DNA of 64,000 bases from an uncultured Chloroflexia bacterium. Its GTDB lineage: Bacteria; Chloroflexota; Limnocylindria; Limnocylindrales; CSP1-4. Each line of letters starts with the position of its first letter. Within the stretch, counting starts at the first letter, position 1. Positions 1 through 13,400 of the stretch are shown one piece after another. The stretch lies in the NCBI GenBank assembly GCA_963763775.1, contig CAVXPZ010000004.1, forward strand, positions 512,001 to 576,000, read 5' to 3'. The notes under the pieces were generated by a model. It saw nothing but the letters and a program-made list of their open reading frames with translations, was not told the origin of the DNA and made no database searches. Made by a program: the position numbers and the translations under genes.

Positions 1-226
1 CGAGCGCGTAGCAGATGCCCGCGACGAACAGCAGCCCGTAGGTCGACGGCTCGACGACGGCCGGCATCGGGGTGACCAGGGCGAGCGGCGCGCCGACCAG
101 GACCCCGATGAGCATCACCCAGGCCAGGACCACGCGCGACCCGAGCATCCGGCTCGTTCGCGAGGAGCAGAGGGTGGCAGCGGCCCACAGCACGGCGGCG
201 ATGAGGCCGCCGACGATCGCGGTCAC
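1..226 (-). CDS. EamA/DMT family transporter (5' part; runs off the window)
   Basis: Manual translation from GTG at 226: MTAIVGGLIAAVLWAAATLCSSRTSRMLGSRVVLAWVMLIG..., which resembles the DMT protein at 26241-27134. Confidence 0.7.
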   Translation of the reverse strand, partial: MTAIVGGLIAAVLWAAATLCSSRTSRMLGSRVVLAWVMLIGVLVGAPLALVTPMPAVVEPSTYGLLFVAGICYAL

Positions 227-365
227 GCGATGCAGTGTGCCGGGTACCATCCGGCCTCGCCGGGCGGGACCGTCCGACGGACTGTGCTACCATCCGCCTT
301 CGCGCCCGGCGCTCGTCTCGCGCCGCGTGCCGTCGACCATCCATCACTACTGAGGTCTTCCTACC

Positions 366-1028
366 TTGGCCAAGACGCCCCGCACCTGGACGGGCGCTCG
401 TACGCCGTCGGGACTCAAGCGTGTCCGTCAGGCCGAGCGTCGGAATGAAGTCCTCCAGCCGCGCCGAAGCGCGGCCAAGACCTACGTCGCCAAGGCGCTG
501 CGCGCCGCGGCGGCGCCGGCCGAGTCTTCCGTCGAGCCGACGGTCGCCCTCGCCGAGGCCCTCAGCGCCCTCGATCGCGCGGCCAAGGCCGGGGCCATCC
601 ACCCGAACGCCGCCGCGCGTCGCAAGTCGCGCCTGACCCGCAAGGTCAACGCGGCCCTCGGTGGTGCCCAGGTCCAGACCGCCGGCCACGTCACGAAGTC
701 GACCGGCAAGGCCGCGGCCCAGAAGGCCGCGAAGGCCCGCATCGCCGCCGGCAAGGCCGACAAGGCCAAGGGCGCGCAGACGGCCGCCGGCAAGGCGCGC
801 GCGGCGCTGAGCAAGACCGCCCGAGCCGAGGCCGCCGCGGCCAAGGCCGCGGAAGCCGCGACGGCCGAAGTCGCGGCCACGACCCCCGCGCCCAAGGCGG
901 CCGCCGCGAAGACGGCCACGAAGGCCGCACCGAAGAAGACCACGGCGGCCAAGGCGGCCGCGCCGAAGACGGCCCCCAAGGCCACGGCCAAGGCCGCGCC
1001 GAAGGCGAAGAAGACCACCGAGAAGTAG
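366..1028 (+). CDS. rpsT: 30S ribosomal protein S20 with long Ala/Lys-rich C-terminal tail
   Basis: S20 motifs KRVRQAERRN and LDRAAKAGAIHPNAAARRKSRL, followed by about 120 aa of AK-rich low-complexity sequence. Confidence 0.9.
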   Translation: MAKTPRTWTGARTPSGLKRVRQAERRNEVLQPRRSAAKTYVAKALRAAAAPAESSVEPTVALAEALSALDRAAKAGAIHPNAAARRKSRLTRKVNAALGGAQVQTAGHVTKSTGKAAAQKAAKARIAAGKADKAKGAQTAAGKARAALSKTARAEAAAAKAAEAATAEVAATTPAPKAAAAKTATKAAPKKTTAAKAAAPKTAPKATAKAAPKAKKTTEK

Positions 1029-1054
1029 CTCGCGGGTTCGCCCCCGAGTCGACG

Positions 1055-1080
1055 ACGCCCCGGTCACCGACCGGGGCGTT
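1055..1080. terminator. Hairpin terminator between convergent genes
   Basis: ACGCCCCGGTC-acc-GACCGGGGCGT, an 11-bp stem just after the rpsT stop. Confidence 0.7.
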
Positions 1081-1088
1081 CCCATGTC

Positions 1089-1119
1089 CGCCGGCGTCAG
1101 GCGGGCCGGGTCGCCGGCG

Positions 1120-1134
<15 letters not shown>
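1089..1134. repeat. 23-bp tandem duplication (1 mismatch)
   Basis: CGCCGGCGTCAGGC(G/A)GGCCGGGT twice, covering the stop codon of the 1120-1692 gene. Confidence 0.8.
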
Positions 1135-3023
<1,889 letters not shown>

Positions 3024-4232
3024 TCAGGAAGCGGGGACGGCGGGGCGGTCGAGCAGGACGGTGACGCCCGGGAGCTCGCGGCCCTCGAGGAATTCCAGCG
3101 ACGCGCCGCCGCCGGTCGAGATATGGGTCATGCGGTCGGCGAGGCCCTGCTGGGTCACCGCCGCCACCGAGTCGCCACCGCCGACGACCACGGTCGCGCC
3201 GCCGTCCGCGCGGTCGGCCAGCATCCGGGCCACGGCGTTGGTGCCGTGGGCGAACGAGGGGATCTCGAAGACGCCGAGCGGGCCGTTCCAGAAGACGGTC
3301 TGGACGTCGGCGAGCTCGCTCATGATCAGGTCCTGGCTGGCCTTGCCGAGGTCCACGATGTGCCAGCTCGCCGGGATCTTCTCGGCGGGCAGCGTCTTGT
3401 ACTCGGTGCCGCGGGTGACTTCCTTGGCCACGATGACGTCGATGGGCAGGACGACTCGGACGCCGTTCTTCTCGGCGGTCTCGAGGATCCGCCGGGCGTC
3501 GTCGGTCCGGTCCGGCTCGGCGAGGCTCTTGCCGATGGCCTTGCCCTGCGCGAGCAGGAACGTGTTCGCCATGCCGCCGCCGAGGACGAGCATGTCCACC
3601 TTCTGGAGGAGGTGGTCGATGACCTTGATCTTGTCCGAGACCTTGGCGCCGCCGAGGATCGCGGCGAACGGCCGCTTCGGCGCGTCCATCAGGTTCGACA
3701 GCGCCGCGATCTCGCGTTCCATCAACAGGCCGGCATAGGCGGGCAGCAGCTTGGCGATGCCGACCGTCGAGGCGTGTGCGCGATGCGCCGTCCCGAAGGC
3801 GTCGTTGATGTAGATGTCCGCATAGGCGGCCAGGGCCGCCGCGAACCCGGGGTCGTTGGCCTCCTCCTCCACATGGAACCGGAGGTTCTCGAGCAGGAGC
3901 AGCTCACCGGGACGGAGCCGGTTCACGGCGTCCACGGTCCCGACCCCGAGGGCGTCGCCCGTCACCGGGACGTTGCGCCGGATCAGCTCGGTCAGGCGCA
4001 GTCCGACCGGCCGGAGCCGGAGGCTGTCCTGGACCTTGCCGTCCGGCCGGCCGAGGTGGCTGGCGAGCACGACGCGCGCGCCGGCGTTGAGGAGCAGGGC
4101 GATCGTCGGGATGGCCGCGCGGATGCGCGAGTCATCGGTGACCTTGCCGTCGGCGAGCGGGACGTTGAAGTCGACGCGGACGAAGACCCGTTTGCCCGCG
4201 ACGTCGGCGTCGCGGACCGTGAGCTTATCCAT
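3024..4232 (-). CDS. pgk: Phosphoglycerate kinase
   Basis: Motifs [47 protein letters not shown]. Confidence 0.98.
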   Translation of the reverse strand: MDKLTVRDADVAGKRVFVRVDFNVPLADGKVTDDSRIRAAIPTIALLLNAGARVVLASHLGRPDGKVQDSLRLRPVGLRLTELIRRNVPVTGDALGVGTVDAVNRLRPGELLLLENLRFHVEEEANDPGFAAALAAYADIYINDAFGTAHRAHASTVGIAKLLPAYAGLLMEREIAALSNLMDAPKRPFAAILGGAKVSDKIKVIDHLLQKVDMLVLGGGMANTFLLAQGKAIGKSLAEPDRTDDARRILETAEKNGVRVVLPIDVIVAKEVTRGTEYKTLPAEKIPASWHIVDLGKASQDLIMSELADVQTVFWNGPLGVFEIPSFAHGTNAVARMLADRADGGATVVVGGGDSVAAVTQQGLADRMTHISTGGGASLEFLEGRELPGVTVLLDRPAVPAS

Positions 4233-4250
4233 GATGGAGATGCCTTTCGG

Positions 4251-5271
<1,021 letters not shown>

Positions 5272-5490
5272 CCTGGTTCTCCTCGCGGTGCGGTCGGCGG
5301 CGGGCGCCGAACCGGGTGTGGAAGGGCTCGTGCATCAGGGCGGATCCGACGCGTGGACGGGCGTCAGGAGACCGCTGAGGCCCCAATCCTACGCCCTCGA
5401 CCCTCGAGGTGAAGGATGCGAACGGGTTGCGAGGTCGGCCTCGCCGTCCCCTCGCGTGGGAGCCGGATGGCCCTTGACGGGCCGGACATG

Positions 5491-5523
5491 GAACGACCCC
5501 CACCGGATCGGTGAGGGTCGTTC
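5491..5523 (-). terminator. Hairpin terminator after the DUF5679-like gene
   Basis: GAACGACCCCCACCG-gat-CGGTGAGGGTCGTTC inverted repeat. Confidence 0.6.
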
Positions 5524-5547
5524 GGGCTTCGCGTCGCGAAGGTCGCG

Positions 5548-5688
5548 TCAGCCGCCGATCCTGAAGACCTTGCCACCACAGACCGGGCAAGTGCCCTGCA
5601 GCGCCGGCTTGCCGTTCTTCATCGTGATGTGCTGCGGGTTCTGGACTTCGACCTTCTTCTTGTCCTTGACGCAGTAGGCCTCGGCCAT
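5548..5688 (-). CDS. Small basic zinc-ribbon protein (DUF5679-like), 46 aa
   Basis: MAEAYCVKDKKKVEVQNPQHITMKNGKPALQGTCPVCGGKVFRIGG with RBS GAGGAG. Confidence 0.85.
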   Translation of the reverse strand: MAEAYCVKDKKKVEVQNPQHITMKNGKPALQGTCPVCGGKVFRIGG

Positions 5689-5770
5689 CGGGCTCCTCCT
5701 CGATCTGGCGAGCGTCACGGGAACCTCTGTCCCGCACCCACTCTGGGCTTCCGTGTTCGCTGGGCTGTCG

Positions 5771-6640
5771 CTATCGCTCCTGCCAGAGCGACGGTCGCCA
5801 TCGATCCGTCGCGGCGTCGCGCTTCTGGCGGTCCATCTCGGCCAGGACGAGCAGGCTTTCGAGCCCCGTCTCGACACAGGCCGCCTCGGCCGCGTCCTTC
5901 GCTTCCCCGGTGACGAACTCGCCGGTCGTCCGGTTGGCATACACCGCACAGACGACGCCGGCTCGGCAGCGGGCGAGGGACGCGAGGACGAGGAGTGCCG
6001 ACGCCTCCATCTCGAAGTTGATGACCCGTTGCTTGGCCATCTCTTCAGCGAGGTCAGGGTAACGGATGGGCAGCTGCGGGATCGGACGCCCTTGCGCACC
6101 GAAGAATCCCGGAGCGGTCGCCGTCACGCCGACGTGGGAGCGGTGGCCCAGCCGAGCCGCCGCCTCGATGAGGGCCGCGATCGCCTCGTAGTCCGCGACC
6201 GCTGGGTAGCCATCGTGGACGAAGAAGCTCGTGGTCGCCTCGAGGCGGACGGCTCCCGTCGTGATGGCCAGATCGCCAAGCTGCATCTCCGGCTGGAGGG
6301 CCCCACAGGATCCGACCCGGATGAAGGTCGGGCGGTCCGTGATCGCGAGGATCTCCGCGACCACGATCTCGACGTTGTCGGTCCCGATCCCGGTCGAGAC
6401 CACCGAGACGCGCAGGCCGCGGTACTGACCGGTGACCGACGCGAACTCGCGATGCCGATGCTCGAGCTCGATCGAGTCGAAGCGCGTCGCGATGCGGTCG
6501 GTCCGATCAGGGTCACCAGGGAGGAGGATGTACTCGGCCAACTCTCCAGGGCCGAGTCCGATGTGGTACTGCCGTTCGCCGGTGGGGATCGCGATGCGGC
6601 GATCCGGTGGGTTTTCGACGCGGGTGTCCGCGTTCGGCAA
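5771..6640 (-). CDS. udp: Nucleoside (uridine) phosphorylase
   Basis: Motifs QYHIGL, LLPGDPDR, STGIG, RVGSCGAL, NFEMEAS; start codon uncertain. Confidence 0.85.
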   Translation of the reverse strand: MPNADTRVENPPDRRIAIPTGERQYHIGLGPGELAEYILLPGDPDRTDRIATRFDSIELEHRHREFASVTGQYRGLRVSVVSTGIGTDNVEIVVAEILAITDRPTFIRVGSCGALQPEMQLGDLAITTGAVRLEATTSFFVHDGYPAVADYEAIAALIEAAARLGHRSHVGVTATAPGFFGAQGRPIPQLPIRYPDLAEEMAKQRVINFEMEASALLVLASLARCRAGVVCAVYANRTTGEFVTGEAKDAAEAACVETGLESLLVLAEMDRQKRDAATDRWRPSLWQER

Positions 6641-6715
6641 GACCGATCCCTCGCTCAGGTGCACGCTCCGCAAGCGCGAAGTTCGGCCGAGGATAGTCCC
6701 GGCTTCTCACGAGCG

Positions 6716-9553
6716 TCAAGCCGAGTCGGCCGTGCGTGGATCGTGCTCAGCCGTGCGTGACGGCAGCGTCGCCGACGACGACACGACGCCCGGGTCCGTC
6801 CTGGGTGTCTCGCCGGTGCCCACGAAGGACGCCAGACGATGCGCCACCCGGGTCGCCAGCTGCCGGTTTCGGTACCGCCGACGGGCGAGCGTCACGGCCA
6901 GCGAGGCGAGCGAAAGCCCGGCCAGCGCGCCGATGCCGGCGGCGCCGAACGGTCCGTTCGCGGGGAACGGGGTGAGGGCCGCCGAACGGTGGGTGACGTC
7001 GGCGGTGATCGTGCCGCCCGGCTGCCCCGACGGCGACGGCGAACGCGGACGCGGGCGCGGTACCGGCCGGGGTCGTCGTCCCGGTCATCGCGATGGCGGA
7101 TGCGTCCTCCACGATGACGACCGGCCCGGCCGCGCTCCGGTCCACGCGACCGGAGACGTTGATCGCATCGCCGACCTCGACGAGGTCGAGCAGGTCGACC
7201 GCGGTGCCACGGACCTGGACACTCCCGATCGCGGTGCCGTCGTCGAGGCGGAAACCGCCGGACTGGAGGTCGACCACGAGACCGCCGATCCGCACGGTCC
7301 GGCCGATCGCGGCCGCCAGATCGCGGATGTCGACGTCCGGCGCGGAGGGGAACGCAGCGGCAGCGGCGGTCGGGGACGCGCCGGCGGCGGGCGCTGTCGA
7401 AGAGGTGCCCGTCGTCGGGCGACCGGCCGCGGCGCTGCCGACACCTGCTGCTGCAGAGGCCGCATCGACGTGCACGTCCGAGCGGTCCCGCGGCAGGACC
7501 GCGAACCGCCGATCCGTCGCCGTGGGATAGGGCCGGCGGACGATGCCAACGACCGTCGCCAAGCGGCCCTCGATGAGGCGTTCCACGGGGATGGCGGCCC
7601 CGGCCTGGCCGATCACCACGACCGAGGCCGCGCCGACGCGCAGCTCGGCCCGCCACCGGTCACCGAGCTTGCGGACCGTGTCGATCCGACCCCTCACCGT
7701 CACGAGCCGCCACTCCTGGGCTTCGGTCGGGTTGGCATGGATGGCGAGGGGCGTCGGCACGGTCGCGGTCCCTTGACGGGCGAGACGCACGGCGTCGAGC
7801 CTCGGCGCGCCGTACGCCCGCCCGATCGACCCTTCTGCGCGAACCTGCGTCCCGACCGGCGGGGCCGGGACATCCTTGGGCAGGTGGACCTCGATGGCCC
7901 CGGTCGCGTCCTGGACGACGATCCGCCGCCCGGACGCGTCGAGCAGGGCCGCCGGGTGCGGTGACGACGGCGACGATCGCGACCGCGTGACCCGTGGCCT
8001 TCCTGGCCGCGACGATCGTCACGACCGCCGGCGCGGGTGTCGGGCTGGCCGTCGGCTTGGGCGTGGCCGTCGACTTCGGGGTCTTGCTCGGCGTCGGCGA
8101 GGGCGTGGGCATCGGCACCGGCGCCGCCGTGCGCGTGATGTCGCCACGATCGCGCGGCCACAGCCGATAGCCGTCGAGCGCGCCGGCCCGGGTGGCGTGC
8201 TGGCCGCCGATCCCCACGACGTGGTACGTCGCGCCGACCTCGACGTCGGTGGTGACGAGACCGCTCGAGGCATCGGCGACGACCTTCACCTCGCCCCCGG
8301 TCGCCCGCTGGAGGTAGAAGGTCACGTCCCCGCCCGAGGAGCGCGTCGGCCGTTTCGCCAGGACGCCGTCGACCGAGACCAGGCGGCCCTCCGTCGACTC
8401 ATCGAGCCCGGCCGTCCCGAGCGGCGCCGGACTCGGCATCGCCCCCGTTCCGAGCACCACGACCCCGTCGGTCGCCGGCCGCAGCTCCGATTGACCGTAT
8501 GGCGCGGCGAGCTTGCCGCGGACCTCGACGAGCGTGCCGCGAGTGGGCAGCGCGCTCGTGGCCGGGAGGCGGACGCCGAGGCCGCCGGTGAGGTCCGCGA
8601 TCGTGATCACCCGCGGGATGCCTGTGCGGCCCGCCTCGCCCACCACTGTGCCGCGGACCACGACCGATGCCGCCGCCGGCATGGCTCGCGCCGCCGCGAT
8701 GTCGACGACCGAGGCGGGCGTCGGGACCGGCGTGGGCGTCGGGGTCACGCCGGGCGTGGGCGATGGTGTCGGAGCGGGTGTCGGGATCGGCGTCGGCACC
8801 GGTGTCGGAGCGAGGGTCGGCGTGGGCGTGGGCGTGGGCGGGGGCGCCGCGGTCGGCACGGGCGTCGGCACGACCGTGGGTGCGGGCTCGTCGACCGGGG
8901 TCGGAGTCGGGGTCGGCGTGGTGCCCGGGACCGGTGGCGCCGCCAGACCCTGCGGCGACGGCGCGGTGTTCACGACGAAATCGGCGGCGCCGTCGTTCGT
9001 GTCGATGCCGTTGCCCGCTGCCCCGCCCGGGCGCCGCTCGAGACTCGAGCCGGTTGCCGGCGCCGTGGCCGCCGTCCCCTCGACGAACCCGCTCGCGGCG
9101 TCGCCCCATCCCAGGGAATCCACGACCGCCCCGCCGACGACGCGCAGCGCGATGGCTCCACCCGTCGCCGCCAACCCGCCCGTGTAGGTCGCGTCGGCGA
9201 TCGCGGCCTGCACCCCGCTCGCGTTGGCGATGAGGATCCGCCGGCCCGGTTCGAGGACCGTCGTGGTCGACCCAGGTCGCCTTCCGGGTCACGGTCGAGC
9301 CGGATGCGGTCACGTACACGACCTCGAGACCGCCGAGATCCACCGCGACCGCCCCTTGATTGGCCACCTCGACGAACTCGTCCGACGCGGAGGCGCCGCC
9401 CGTCTGGACCTCGCTGATGACGAGGCTCGAGACCGGCCAGCTCACGGCCGCCGCGAACGACAGCGCGGGTGGCGCCGGCGACCACGCGGAGATCCCGACC
9501 GTCCAGGCAGCGACAAGGGACACGGCGATCCGAACGATCCGGGCACGAGCCAT
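6716..9553 (-). CDS. Secreted lamin-tail-domain protein with Pro/Thr linkers, several OB-fold modules and a C-terminal membrane anchor (about 3 frameshifts)
   Basis: Signal peptide; LTD motif [19 protein letters not shown]; PTPTP linkers; OB-like motifs IAAARAM...VVVRGTV and GRLVSVDG; final [19 protein letters not shown] followed by RRR. Confidence 0.7.
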
Positions 9554-9705
9554 GACTGACCTCCCGGCGGGGCACGGGTGGCGGTCATCGGGCGAGGACG
9601 TCGTTGTACCGACGGACGGTCAACCGCCGCTTAGCTGCGGCTCGATACGGGCGCCATCGACTACGATGCGCACCACGACAGCCGTCACCCATGACAGGAG
9701 ACACC

Positions 9706-10431
9706 GTGGCCCGCGCCAAGAGGACCGATCGCGCAGAGGCGCGCCGCCGCTATCGAGCCGAGATGGGCGTCGCCGACGGCGTCGAGGGGACCGACGATGT
9801 CGTGGATGCGGGGGGCACCGCGACCGCCGCGGCGACCAAGCCGCGCCCGCGCACGGACCCGAAGTTCTCGAGCCCGCCCGGCAAGCTGAGCATCACGGCG
9901 GCCTTCCGCGAGTCGATCCACCCGGTCAACCTCCGCGAGGACCTGCGGGCGCTGCCCTGGCTGGCCATCCATACGAAGGCCCTCTGGGTCCCCAGCCTCA
10001 TCACCATCGTCAGCGCCATCGCGTTCACCATCACCGCGGGCTCGGACTTCGTCACCCGCTTCGGGTTCGCCTACTTCGTGCAGACGCCCGCGATCGGCAG
10101 CGTCTTCCTCGCCGGATTCCTGGCGCCCCGGGCCAGCTGGCTGATCGGCGCGATCGTCGGCGTCATCGCCGCCGTGTGCTACTCGGCCGTGATCGCGTAC
10201 GTCGCGCTCGGGACGACAGAGGCCGCGATCGCGCGCGACGCGATGATCTCGTCGGTGTTCCTGTCCCCGGTCATGGGCGCGCTGTTCGCGGCCGCCGCCG
10301 CCTGGTACCGCCGGTTCCTGCAGCTGTCGAACCCGAACCGCGGCCGCCGCGCGGCGGCCCCGAAGAAGACGGGCAACGACGGCAAGTCCCGCAGCGCCGG
10401 CGCATCGAAGGCGACCGGCGCCCGGCGCTAG
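9706..10431 (+). CDS. Hypothetical membrane protein
   Basis: GTG start after RBS AGGAG; about 4 TM segments; basic termini. Confidence 0.75.
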   Translation: MARAKRTDRAEARRRYRAEMGVADGVEGTDDVVDAGGTATAAATKPRPRTDPKFSSPPGKLSITAAFRESIHPVNLREDLRALPWLAIHTKALWVPSLITIVSAIAFTITAGSDFVTRFGFAYFVQTPAIGSVFLAGFLAPRASWLIGAIVGVIAAVCYSAVIAYVALGTTEAAIARDAMISSVFLSPVMGALFAAAAAWYRRFLQLSNPNRGRRAAAPKKTGNDGKSRSAGASKATGARR

Positions 10432-10450
10432 TCCTCTCGGGCAAGGCCGT

Positions 10451-13400
10451 TCAGCCGAGCCGCCGCATCCCGGCATAGCCGGTCTGCCGGACGCCGTCTG
10501 GCCGATCCGGCCCGCCGGCAGCGGCGGCCAGCTCGGGGAGGGCCCGGACGTCGCGGGCCACGACGTTCACGACCGAGCCCTCGCGCTGGAGGTCGCCGTC
10601 GATGAGCAGCAGCGCGTGCCGTCGGACCACGGACCGCAGCCGCGCCCAGGTGTCCGGCCAGAGCGTGACGTTGGCCATCCCGGTCTCGTCCTCCACCGCG
10701 AGGAAGACCGTGCCCTTCGCCGTCATCGGGTGCTGGCGGGTCACGACCAGGCCCCCGATCCGGACCGGCCCGGGACGGTGCTCGGAGAGCGCCGCGTTGG
10801 TCACCGCGCCCATCCGCTCGAGCACGGGCCGGAAGAGTTCCGTCACCTGGTGCCGCGCATCGAGCCCGATCACCGCGTAGGTGTCGCCGATCCGCTCCGA
10901 TTCGGTGAGCGGCGGGAGGTCCGGCGCATCCGTCGCGGGTAACCGCAGGTCCATCGCCCGGCCAGCCGAGGCCTTGGACCGGCCGGCGGATGCGGAGCGG
11001 CGACCCGCCACTTCCCGGAGCTGCCAGAGCAGTTCCCGCCGTGGCCGACCCAGCGAATCGAGCCCGCCGGTCCGGATCAGCCGCTCGAGCACCTCCTCGG
11101 GGAGCCCGGTCCGCTCGACGACGTCCTCGAGCGAGGTGTACGGCCCGCGGGCCAGTTCGCCGTCGAGGAGCGCGGCGTGCTGCTCGCCGATCCCCTTGAC
11201 CAGGTGGAGGCCGAGGCGGACGCCCCAGCCGGCGGTGACCTCCGGGACCCAGCGCTCGAGCGATGCGGGCGAAGGGATGACGCAGGCCGGTGCGCGGATG
11301 GGCTCCGGACGGGCGGCGATCCCCGTCCCCGGGGGCAGTGGCTCGCCGGGCCGGCCCACCCACTCGGTCGTCGTCTTGTAGCTGGACGCATTGAGATCCA
11401 CCGGGAGCACCGCGACGCCATGGCGCTTCGCATCGTTGACGAGCACCTCCACCGGGTAGAAGCCCATCGGCTGGGCGTTCACGAGCCCGACGAGGAACTG
11501 CGCCGGGTAGAAGAGCTTGAGGAACGACGACTCGTAGGCCGTCCGTGCGAAGGCGGCCGCGTGCGACTTCGCGAACCCGAACGACGCGAACGCGGCGACC
11601 TGGCGGAACAGCTCCTCGGCCGTCTCCTCGGCCATGCCCGGCTGCCGGAGGCAGCCGTCGACGAACCGGCGGTGCAGCTTCTCCATCTCGCGGCTCGAGC
11701 GCCACGTCCCCATCGCGCGCCGGAACCCGTCGCTCTCGCCCGGGGAGAACCCGGCGACCTCGATCGCGACGCGCATGACCTGCTCCTGGTAGAGGATCAC
11801 GCCCATCGAGTCCTTGAGGACGGGCTCGAGTGAGGGGTGGAGGTACGTCACCGGCTCGAGGCCCTGTCGGCGACGCAGGAAGGGGTGGACGGCGTTCCCC
11901 TGGATCGGGCCAGGGCGGATGATCGCCACCTCGACCACCAGGTCGTCGAGGTTCTGCGGCCGGGACTTGGGCAGCGTCTGCATCTGCGCCCGGCTTTCCA
12001 CCTGGAAGACCCCGACCGTGTCCGCGGCCTGGAGCATCTCGAAGACCTCGGGCACGTCCTCGGGCAGCCGGTCGAGATCGAGACAGACCGCGCAGTCGTG
12101 CTCGATGAGCTGCATCGTCTCGTCCATCGCGGCGAGCATCCCGAGTCCGAGCAGGTCGAGCTTGATGAGCTTGAGCGTCTCGACGTCGCGCTTGTCGAAC
12201 TGGACCACGACCCGGTCCACCATCGTCGCCCGCTCGATGGGGGCGATGTCGATGAGCGGCGCCGCGGTCACGAGCATCCCGCCCGAGTGGATCGAGAGAT
12301 GGCGCGGGAAGCCGTCGATGCGGGCGCAGAACTCGAGCCAGCGCTCCCAGTCGCTCATGCCCACCGTCGAGCCGCCACGGGCCTGCGGGGGCGGCTCGGG
12401 CTCGACCCGCGCGACCGAGGAATGGGCGCCCGCGGCCCCCTGGTCGGCCCGCCGCGGGGCCGGCGGATCCCAGTGGTTCGGCCGCCCGAGCTTGTCCGTC
12501 CGCCGGGGCGGCGGGAGGAGCTGGCCGCTCTCGGGATCGATGGGCTCGTACCCGGTCCCGCGGCCCGCCCGCAACCAGGCCACGCTCGCGGGCGTATCGC
12601 CCGGCCCACCCTCGTCGTCGGAGGTGCCACCGCTCCGGATCGCCGTGCGCGGCGCCAGCGGGTCGTCCGAGTCCCGCGGGTCCGACCCCCCGGCCGCCGA
12701 CGGATCGTCCCCCGCCGGGATGTCGCCCTCGCCGAGCCAGGCGAACGGTCGCGGTGCGTTCGGGTCGTCCGGCGTCGACGGCTGGCGCCAGGGCGGGACC
12801 TTGCCGACGAGCGGGACTCGCTGCTGCAATCGGCCCATCCCGTCGACGAGGCCGTGCGCCTCGGCCTGCTCGGCGGCGATGGCCTCGGCCGGCGTCCGTT
12901 CGTCGACGCGTCGGAAGAACTCGGCGAACCCGCCATCGGCCTCGAGGTCGCGCCGGACCATCACCGAGTCGTAGGTCTCGAGCGCCTTGGCCACCCGGTC
13001 GACGAGCGGCCGCGGGAACCCCAGGGCGTACCCGACCTCGCGCACCGCGGACCTCGCCCGGTACGTGACGAGGTTGCAGACCATCCCGGTGTGGTCGGGC
13101 CCGTAGCGGCCGTAGATGTACTGGATGACCTCCTCCCGGCGCGCCGAGCTGAAGTCGATGTCGACATCCGGGTACGTGGTGCGGCCCGGATTGATGAACC
13201 GCTCGAACAGGAGGTTGTGGGTGATCGGCTCGACCCGGCTGATCCCGAGCGTGTACGACACGATCGAGCTGGTGGCGCTGCCCCGGCCCTGCGCCGGGAT
13301 CCCCTGCTCCTTCGCGAATCGCATCAGGTCCCAGCAGATGAGGAAGAACTCGGCGAGGCCGGCCCGCTCGATGACGTCGAGCTCGTGGGCGAGCCGCGTC

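Noticed and set aside
8700-8930. Repetitive GGCGTG/GGCGTC tract, possibly a CRISPR array or VNTR
   Set aside because: It encodes the Pro-Thr linker of the LTD protein and has no repeat-spacer structure.
12360-12900. Possible intein in DnaE2
   Set aside because: There is no N-terminal Cys/Ser block, no His-Asn followed by Cys/Ser/Thr, and no LAGLIDADG motifs. The sequence is low complexity.
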